Shown here one piece after another: positions 24,726 through 32,000 of a DNA stretch of 32,000 nucleotides. The notes beneath the pieces were generated by a model that had not been told where the DNA came from, ran no database searches, and saw only the letters and a program-made list of their open reading frames with translations. Numbering within the stretch: position 1 is the first letter of the stretch; the number at the start of each line of letters is the position of its first letter. The DNA is taken from positions 480,001 through 512,000 of the forward strand of contig NZ_AP019769.1 of NCBI RefSeq assembly GCF_023169545.1. Direction: 5' to 3'. Position numbers and translations under genes: made by a program. The DNA is from Nanobdella aerobiophila. Its GTDB lineage: Archaea > Nanobdellota > Nanobdellia > Nanobdellales > Nanobdellaceae.

Positions 24726-26596
24726 GTTTAAATTAAATTAGAAATATTGAAAGGAAAAAATAGAATTTCATATTTTCAAATTAAAAGATGATAGTTTAAA
24801 TTAAATTAGAAATATTGAAAGAATTGATTTTTTAAAGATTGTTGTAAATTGTAGCCAATATTATTTGGTTTAAATTAAATTAGAAATATTGAAAGGAAAA
24901 AGTATTAAACTCTTTGATAACTAGAGGATACTTAAGTTTAAATTAAATTAGAAATATTGAAAGTCTTAAGATATTGTATGTGAAACAACTGTTACATTGC
25001 CTGTTTAAATTAAATTAGAAATATTGAAAGGTATATTTTATTTTCAATAGCCCACTGCAGTAGTTTGGGTGTTTAAATTAAATTAGAAATATTGAAAGAT
25101 TGTTTTTTATCTGAATTTTTTAATATATAATCAACATTGTTTAAATTAAATTAGAAATATTGAAAGTCTTCTTATTGTAGGGCTTTTAACTTCAGCTTTT
25201 ATTTCTGTTTAAATTAAATTAGAAATATTGAAAGATATTAGAATCATCCACCATGGGAAATTAGTCTGTTTTTGTCTTAGGTTTAAATTAAATTAGAAAT
25301 ATTGAAAGTTATCTTGCGTTATGTTCTCTAAAGTATTAGCTTTATTTTGTTTAAATTAAATTAGAAATATTGAAAGATATTTACTAATCTACAATTTATA
25401 AAACAATATATAGTTGTTTAAATTAAATTAGAAATATTGAAAGAAATCTATAGTTAATGTGTCTAAAATTTCACTATAATCGTTTAAATTAAATTAGAAA
25501 TATTGAAAGTACATATTATTAAAGTTAACTGTAACTGTGCTACCAAACTGATTTTGTTTAAATTAAATTAGAAATATTGAAAGTGCTTCTATCTTTTGTA
25601 AATGGATGGGGATTTTAAAATAGAAAATATGTTTAAATTAAATTAGAAATATTGAAAGGCATGGTTCTTTGATGTATATTACAAGGGCAAAAGGGTAAAG
25701 TTTAAATTAAATTAGAAATATTGAAAGTTCTTTTATCCAAATGCTTTAACTTCTTCAGGAACATATAATGTTTAAATTAAATTAGAAATATTGAAAGATG
25801 AAAATTTTTATGTTATAAACTTTCAATAAATCTAAAAAATAGTTTAAATTAAATTAGAAATATTGAAAGGACACATATTGAGTAACTATTGGAGTGAAAT
25901 ATGCTATTAGTTTAAATTAAATTAGAAATATTGAAAGTATACTTTTGTTGGAAATTCATATAGTGATGTAGGGAGCTTTGTTTAAATTAAATTAGAAATA
26001 TTGAAAGCTATTGGGAGTATTTATCTTCTCTACTTTCCCAAGCAGGGCTAAATTAGTTTATAAGTTTAAATTAAAATAGAAATATTGAAAGATTTGATTT
26101 TGAAATTCGGTAGAATATGCGTAGACATATATCAATGTTTAAATTAAATTAGAAATATTGAAAGGCAACGTCTAATAATGCTTTTACTTGTGGGTTCTTA
26201 ATATAATTAGCAAGTTTAAATTAAATTAGAAATATTGAAAGGTTCTAGATATTTCTTATATCCATCTTGGTCATATTTAGTAGTTTAAATTAAATTAGAA
26301 ATATTGAAAGATTAGCGATGCTTGTAAAGTAAATGTATATGTACCTGATGAGTTTAAATTAAATTAGAAATATTGAAAGTTTATATATGCTAAACAAATA
26401 CTTAATAAAGATGTAGATGTAATATGTTTAAATTAAATTAGAAATATTGAAAGTAACTATCCAAAATTTCTCTTACTTTTTTATTAAATTCTTCTAAGTT
26501 TAAATTAAATTAGAAATATTTAAATATTGAGCTTTTAGACTACTACGAACCTTTTTTATTAATCTTTTGTTTAAACGAAATTATAAATATTTAGGT
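24726..26596 (+). CRISPR. CRISPR array, 27 repeats of 28 nt (GTTTAAATTAAATTAGAAATATTGAAAG), 26 spacers
   Basis: Repeat starts: 24726, 24794, 24868, 24936, 25003, 25071, 25139, 25207, 25281, 25349, 25416, 25482, 25556, 25631, 25700, 25770, 25842, 25910, 25980, 26064 (one T-to-A variant), 26137, 26214, 26283, 26352, 26426, 26498 (3' end decayed to ATTTAAAT), 26569 (7 mismatches). Spacers are 38-56 nt. Confidence 0.97.
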
Positions 26597-27087
26597 CATG
26601 ATAATTCGACTTGAATTTTTCAATTTCCTCTGCTAAAGGTGCTTCTATAATTCTTATATTTTTTAAATCTTTCGTAATCGTATTTGTTTATTACTCTCCT
26701 TTTGATACTAGGAATCGAATAAGCTAAAGAAAACAATGACCTATAAATTCCAGAGTTACTAGGATGATCTTCTGAATGTAAGATCATTCTGTATTGAAAT
26801 TTTGCATTTATATATAGAGATAAAAATTAAACTCTTCAAGGCACAAATATAACTCTTATTATATTATATTACATTTTTTATATTAGTTGTTAAAAAGAAC
26901 TTTTACTTTTTCTAAATCTTCTATATCTGTCGTGTAATCTGTTCTTCTGATTCTTAACTCATAATAATCTAAATCTTTTAAATTAAGCATATTTTAATTT
27001 TAAATTTATAATTATTTTTAACTATATATAAAACTTTAAGTAAAGTAAAATCTTAAACAAAGGATTATTTAACAATAGATTTAAACT

Positions 27088-28113
27088 TTATATAGATAAT
27101 TTAATACTAGATATTTTATTTCCTTTATATGTTATTAATGTGTATCTTTTAATGTTATTATCCAATGCTAGAGACCATATTGTTTTAGTTCCGTATTTTA
27201 ACTTAGATCTTTGCATTACTCTCTTGTCTGTTAAAAGTTTTATTATGTCAGAATATTGAAATGTATCTCTATTTTTAAACAAATCTGTTAAAATAGTATA
27301 ATACCTTCTAAAACTATTGCTACTTGGATACATTTTGATTATCATATCCTCATTCTGTAATTCTCTATCTATATAATGGTTTGTTTTTACTAATATGTTA
27401 TTTTCTGGATATATTATTTTGAATCTTTCTGTTGTATGTTCTATTACCACGAAGTTATTTTTATCTGCTATAAAGAAATTCATAGGTATGCATATCTTTA
27501 TACTTTTAAAAAGTTCAATAGCTTCTTCCACGTTCTTGCATTTTTCAGCTACTAATTTAACTGCATGTGTTGTATTAATTCCGTATCTATATTTATCATT
27601 ATATGCTGCTATTATACCTATATATAAACCATATTTATTTATGGCATCAGAAGGACTATGAAATCTCATTTTTATATATTTATATCGATCAATACCCATA
27701 TCAGTTACAAAAATAAAAGGATATGCATCTTTATTATAAACTTTTACATACTCAATAAAATCTTCTGCTATGGGGATCCAATCATAGTTCTTTCCAACAA
27801 AAATACCTTTATTATTTTTAACGCCAAATACAGTACATTTTTCTCTTATCTTCTTTACTACGTAATTTAAATATGAAACTAATTCATTACTAATAAGCCA
27901 ATATGTAATTTTATCTTTGTCAATTTTACTGGCATCTATTATGCCTTTTAATTCTTCTAGAAATTCTGGATAATATTTTTTATACATAAGTAACTGATTC
28001 TTATATATTTCTGGATCTATCTTTAAAGTATGTAGATCCATGTATCTTTTATATATATTTCCTTCTTCATATCCAATTTCGTAATAATCGCCAGATAATC
28101 TTCTTAAAATCAT
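27088..28113 (-). CDS. Peptidase C45 / acyl-CoA:6-APA acyltransferase-like Ntn hydrolase
   Basis: 341 aa. Candidate nucleophile context REKCTVFGV and GKNYDW are typical of the C45/choloylglycine-hydrolase-like Ntn family. Confidence 0.55.
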   Translation of the reverse strand: MILRRLSGDYYEIGYEEGNIYKRYMDLHTLKIDPEIYKNQLLMYKKYYPEFLEELKGIIDASKIDKDKITYWLISNELVSYLNYVVKKIREKCTVFGVKNNKGIFVGKNYDWIPIAEDFIEYVKVYNKDAYPFIFVTDMGIDRYKYIKMRFHSPSDAINKYGLYIGIIAAYNDKYRYGINTTHAVKLVAEKCKNVEEAIELFKSIKICIPMNFFIADKNNFVVIEHTTERFKIIYPENNILVKTNHYIDRELQNEDMIIKMYPSSNSFRRYYTILTDLFKNRDTFQYSDIIKLLTDKRVMQRSKLKYGTKTIWSLALDNNIKRYTLITYKGNKISSIKLSI

Positions 28114-28340
28114 AGTAATAATTTATTCACTCTTTTTTTAAATATATGTTTTTCCTTTTCGATCTTATATATGATATGATAATCCTCGAAAGCTAAAACC
28201 TTCATTCCATAATGCCAAAAGTATAATGCTGTATTGTCAATATTTGCTCCCATATCGACAAGGTAATTGTCCGAATTAACAAAGGATTTATATTCTATAT
28301 TTGGAGATCCAAAAGCAAGAGCTTTCAGATAAAAAAACAT
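28110..28340 (-). pseudogene. FkbM-like methyltransferase stub (76 aa), probably a gene remnant
   Basis: YLVDMGANIDNTALYFWHYGMKVLAFE resembles SAM motif I of FkbM-family methyltransferases (DxGANxG...xxxAFEP), but the ORF is only 76 aa. There is an in-frame stop just upstream and an ATGA overlap with the C45 gene. Confidence 0.35.
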
Positions 28341-29080
28341 CGAAATAAGTTATGATTTGCCGCTTAGAATAGCAATATGGACAAAGGATAATAAAACATA
28401 CATAGGCCTATAAGTTACCTAGCGATATAGCTAAAGATTACTAAATTCAATCTTAGTCTAAAAATGCATACAATGAGTCTCTAAAATACTCTTATAACTG
28501 AAAAGGGTATTCTTTTTCCTTTTATTGATATTAAACAAAATATAAACAGATTTTCTAAGATTAGCAAAATTCTTTAAATTAATTAGAAAAATTTTAGACA
28601 TAAAATAATTAAATCATAAATTTAAAGAAAAACTAATAATAATCATCATATAGGGGAGATCTTTTATACTATTTGCTTTTTACCAATTTCCTATAAAAAA
28701 TTAAATAATATAAATAAAATATAGCATAATAATATAAAATTTAATTAAAAATTTTAGACTATTTTTATATACTTAATTTCTTCCTGAGGTGTTTGTTTAA
28801 TATAAGCAATTTTTATATTTTTTATTGATATTCTTACTTTTTCAGAATTTTTATTATCGAACGTTATGTAAACATAATCGAAGTCTATAAAGATTACTTT
28901 ATTAATTAAATTTAAAAAATTAAAAAACTTAAAAGAAAAATGAATAAATCAGATTGATTATAATATTTTTTAAAAAATGTCACAAGTTTTATGGTTTATA
29001 AAGATATTACTAATTAGTATTAATTTACTTTGTGTACATAAAGAATTACCAAAAATTATAAATTAGCTACTTTTAAATAG

Positions 29081-29095
29081 AGAAATTTTTATATA
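29081..29095 (+). promoter_or_regulatory. BRE/TATA promoter for the GC-rich RNA
   Basis: agaaa + tttttatata ends 24 nt upstream of G29119. This is the canonical archaeal spacing and composition. Confidence 0.6.
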
Positions 29096-29118
29096 GATTA
29101 ATGTAAAAATAAATAAAA

Positions 29119-29247
29119 GCGGGCCCTAGTGTAGTTGGCAGTCGGGGGATGAAGGGTTGAAATATCCTCGAGCCCGGTTCTGGTCGTCTAGCCGCACCAA
29201 ACCTGTCGATCCAGGTTCAATCGAAAGGTTGAACCGTATGGGCCCGC
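29119..29247 (+). ncRNA. Unidentified GC-rich structured RNA (129 nt)
   Basis: A sharp GC-rich island in AT-rich DNA. The 5' GCGGGCCC pairs with the 3' GGGCCCGC (8 bp). Internal helices include GGUUCAA/UUGAACC (29214-29235), CGGG/CCCG plus GGAU/AUCC (29143-29176), and GUGU/GCAC (29129-32 with 29194-97). A promoter lies upstream and a T8 run downstream. The + strand is favoured but not proven. Confidence 0.6.
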
Positions 29248-29257
29248 TATTTTTTTT
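29248..29257 (+). terminator. Oligo-T terminator
   Basis: ta + tttttttt (eight Ts at 29250-29257) immediately after the terminal stem. This is the archaeal intrinsic termination signal. Confidence 0.55.
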
Positions 29258-29730
29258 GTTAAATTAGGAAATTTATTCTCAGAAAACCCTTTGTTAATCA
29301 GAGTTTATATATGATATCTAAATTATAATACAATAATTAACAGAGTCTTCATTTTATATTTATACATGTACTTTCCGGTAACTTTATTTAAGTTAAAAAT
29401 TTATTGTCTATCTTTACAGATTAACATACTGTTATTATTTCAGTTTTGTATTTAATTATATCTTTACTTTCATAAATAGATAACATCTTAGAAAAAATTT
29501 ACCGACATGATAATTTGATAAAGTATCATTATCTAATTATTGAATAAATATTTATTTATAACAATCAAATCATTTTTCTATTATAACTGGATATTTTTCT
29601 AATTTTTTGATTTTTATGTTAATATAATCAATATTTATTATATTTTTTCTTTATAATTTTTTCTTCTTTTAATTTTTGTTTTCTCATAAATCTATATATA
29701 AAACTTTTAAATTTTATATATTTTATACTT

Positions 29731-30417
29731 TCACAAATCAAATAGATCTCTAATTAATTCATTATAAAAAATTATAAAAGACCATCTTTTTAATTCACTC
29801 TCTAATTCTCTCGATTCCCTAAATTTCTTCTTTATTATATTTTTAAATATTTTTTCATGATCATATATATAGTAATGAACTAATTCATGAAAAATTATAA
29901 AATTTATTAATTTTCTTGGAAGAACAATGGATAAGGAATTAATGGTAATTTTGTTATCCTTTATATTATAATATCCATATCTCGTTTTCATAGTTTTTAT
30001 TTCTATAGAAGGTATATTAATTATATTCAATTCCTTAGAATATTTATTTATTATATTTTTGGTATATTTATATAGAGTTTTATTTAAATAATTACAAAAA
30101 TCTTTCTTATTTTCAAAATTTACAATTATTATTTTTCTGGCACCATTTATTAAATATTTTCTCCTTATATTTTTTATTATTAATTTATATGGAACGCCAA
30201 ATATTGATAATTTTTCTATATAATCTTTATTTATTTCTGTAATTTTATATTTATCTAAAATATCAATAACTTTTTCTTTTATTTTATTAATATCTAATAA
30301 GTTTGTTTTTATTATAATTCTATCTCCTTTTATTTCTACATATAGATTTTTAGATTTTACTTTTTTTATTTCTAAATTAAATTCCAAATTATTTAACTTA
30401 ATAACTTCTCTCGACAT
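29731..30417 (-). CDS. DUF45 / YgjP-like HExxH metal-dependent hydrolase (COG1451-like)
   Basis: 228 aa. C-terminal FIIFHELVHYYIYDHEKIFKNII matches the DUF45 pattern (HEL-x-H...H...F). It overlaps the 3' end of hsdR by 25 nt, and the family is commonly linked to type I R-M operons. Confidence 0.65.
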   Translation of the reverse strand: MSREVIKLNNLEFNLEIKKVKSKNLYVEIKGDRIIIKTNLLDINKIKEKVIDILDKYKITEINKDYIEKLSIFGVPYKLIIKNIRRKYLINGARKIIIVNFENKKDFCNYLNKTLYKYTKNIINKYSKELNIINIPSIEIKTMKTRYGYYNIKDNKITINSLSIVLPRKLINFIIFHELVHYYIYDHEKIFKNIIKKKFRESRELESELKRWSFIIFYNELIRDLFDL

Positions 30418-32000
30418 TCTGGATAAATATTAGCATAATATTCTTTTAATTTCTTTATTATTTCTTCTCTTTTATTACTTTCTAGTTTATTTAGATTTAA
30501 AACTATATTTTCTCGGATATTACGTACCAATTTATCGCAGAAGTCATTTTTATTTTTATTCTCTTCAATTACTTCTCTTATATTTCCAATTATATCTTTT
30601 ACGATATTTATATCTTTTATTTTTTGATCTAAATTTAGATCATCTAATATCTTATATAAATATAATTCTTCATCAGATAACTTAGATTCTTTTCTAGTTT
30701 TTTCATATTCATATATTTTATTTATATAGGTTTTCAAGGTTTCTAATGTTTTATAACCATTCAATTTCCCCTCATTATATTTTCTTATAGTATCGAATAT
30801 CTTTTCTATTATATCCCTATATGTTATTTTTTTGTCTTCTTCATTTTCAAGTACAGCTACAGATTTAGATATCTTACTTATTACCATATTAACACGATCC
30901 TTATTTTGTCCTATTTCATTATAATTATCAATCAAAGAACTCAAAATTATGAATTCATTATTTTCTCCCATATTATTTAAAGATTTTCTTATATTTTCTA
31001 TATCTTCTTCTTCTAGAGTTAAAAATTTCTCTATGTTTATCTTCTCTTTAAATTCTTCTATTATTTGTTCTATTTTTCCCTCTAATATTCCAATTTCTTG
31101 GCTTCCATCCTTTCTATTTTCTTTTATTTTCTTCAAACTCAAACAAATTAAATATAAAAACATAAATTTGTCTTTATATTTTTCTCTAAGGTTTAAAGGT
31201 ATTGCTGGCGAAATATATATTTTTTCAAATTCTTTAAATAAAGAAAAGAAAGTATTCATCAATTCTCCAGAAATTATCTTTCCAACTATATTATCAATTC
31301 TATTTTTTATTTCCTCAGGCTCATTTTTATTTTTTTGATAATATCCTATATAATCTGATAAATTTATTTGTATCTTTTTAAATATATTATCATCAATTAA
31401 ATTTAAGATATTCTCTATATCTTTCTCAATATTATCTATATCCTTTATTAAATATTTTGATATTTCCTGATAGTGTCCCTGTATATTTATATAAAGTTCA
31501 AAAGCTCTTCTTAATACATCTATTATACCTACAAAATCTACAACCAATCCATATTTCTTATTAGAATATCTTCTATTACATCTTCCTATTATCTGTAATA
31601 ATGTATGATATGTCATAACAGGTCTGTCTAAATATATTGTTTGTATTTTATCAAGATCAAAGCCTGTAGTTAATTTATTTACTACAACTAAAATTTTAGG
31701 ATTTTCGTCTTCTTTGAATCTATTTTTTATTTCTTCATTTATTTGATTATAATCTCTAATGCTTCCTTTTGTATACCTTTCCTGCAAATCTCTCAAATAT
31801 TCAAGTATTTCAACATCATCCTCATGTTCATTATAAGTTATTAAAGCTTCTACAGAATCTTTACCCAATTTTTCCTTTAATTTTTTAGCATATATAACTG
31901 CTATTTTTCTAGATGGTGCTATTATCAATCCTTTAAATCCCAAAGGTTCTACTTCTTTTTTGAAATGATCTGCAATCTTATCAGTAACTTTATTTATCCT
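30393..32000 (-). CDS. hsdR: Type I restriction enzyme R subunit, C-terminal part (gene continues past window end)
   Basis: The frame stays open to nt 32000 (...RINKVTDKIADHFKKEVEPLGFKGLIIAPSRKIAVIYAKKL...). Helicase motif V NKLTTGFDL and motif VI LLQIIGRCNRRY are followed by a long helical C-terminal region typical of HsdR. Confidence 0.8.
   Translation of the reverse strand, partial: RINKVTDKIADHFKKEVEPLGFKGLIIAPSRKIAVIYAKKLKEKLGKDSVEALITYNEHEDDVEILEYLRDLQERYTKGSIRDYNQINEEIKNRFKEDENPKILVVVNKLTTGFDLDKIQTIYLDRPVMTYHTLLQIIGRCNRRYSNKKYGLVVDFVGIIDVLRRAFELYINIQGHYQEISKYLIKDIDNIEKDIENILNLIDDNIFKKIQINLSDYIGYYQKNKNEPEEIKNRIDNIVGKIISGELMNTFFSLFKEFEKIYISPAIPLNLREKYKDKFMFLYLICLSLKKIKENRKDGSQEIGILEGKIEQIIEEFKEKINIEKFLTLEEEDIENIRKSLNNMGENNEFIILSSLIDNYNEIGQNKDRVNMVISKISKSVAVLENEEDKKITYRDIIEKIFDTIRKYNEGKLNGYKTLETLKTYINKIYEYEKTRKESKLSDEELYLYKILDDLNLDQKIKDINIVKDIIGNIREVIEENKNKNDFCDKLVRNIRENIVLNLNKLESNKREEIIKKLKEYYANIYPECREKLLS

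Noticed and set aside
24754-26568. Self-targeting spacers, for example against the ATPase constant module, hsdR or cas genes
   Set aside because: I compared several spacers with the window by eye and found no convincing match. A short reverse-complement echo of the repeat end (ctttcaata) inside the spacer at 25798-25841 is only 9 nt. This needs a real BLAST search, so no claim is made.
29119-29247. Calling the GC-rich RNA a canonical tRNA (possibly tRNA with a 53-nt D-loop intron, or tRNA-His-like 8-bp acceptor) or a 5S rRNA
   Set aside because: After removing the putative intron the length fits (about 75 nt), but no T-arm can be formed next to the 3' acceptor strand (GAAAG/GUUGAAC/CGUAU does not pair). 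The only anticodon-arm-like hairpin has a 6-nt loop. For 5S, only the first ~14 nt of the minus strand resemble helix I and loop A, and the conserved loop C/B (GAAGUUAAGC) and loop E elements are missing. It is left as unidentified.

Overview
The window is very AT-rich and archaeal. Evidence: ribosomal protein S3Ae, an archaeal-type LeuRS N-terminus, a ThiS/MoaD/SAMP-like protein ending in GG, a bifunctional PGI/PMI-type SIS protein, BRE/TATA-style promoters about 25 nt upstream of start codons, and structural RNAs that stand out as GC-rich islands.

Layout:
- 1-6.2 kb: housekeeping genes (leuS fragment, rps3ae, PUA-SAM methyltransferase, tRNA-Ser(GGA), SAMP-like, PGI/PMI) plus a few hypothetical membrane proteins.
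- 6.2-13.8 kb: a roughly 7.4 kb block holding five tandem same-strand AAA+ ATPase paralogs of COG1373 / AAA_14+DUF4143-like architecture. Each has a diverged body of about 340 aa and a nearly nucleotide-identical 234-243 nt 3' module. The block is bracketed by a direct duplication of the 3' end of the PGI/PMI gene.
- 13.8-15.3 kb: a PaaI-like thioesterase and an HExxH protein.
- 15.4-26.6 kb: a complete but strand-scrambled type I-B-like CRISPR-Cas locus, in the order cas6, cas4, a nucleotidyltransferase plus HEPN-like pair, cas8b, cas7, cas5, cas3, inverted cas1, cas2. It ends in a 27-repeat array (28-nt repeat ending ATTGAAAG) with decayed distal repeats.
- 26.6-29.7 kb: decayed or non-coding DNA, a C45/Ntn-hydrolase-like gene, a methyltransferase stub, and an unidentified 129-nt GC-rich structured RNA with a textbook promoter and oligo-T terminator.
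- 29.7-32 kb: a DUF45-type HExxH protein and the C-terminal part of a type I restriction R subunit.

The best candidate for something new is the five-gene ATPase array with a variable body and a constant, gene-converted tail. Each of its genes also has gene-specific inverted repeats bracketing its TATA box. All identities and counts were made by eye. No database search was possible.
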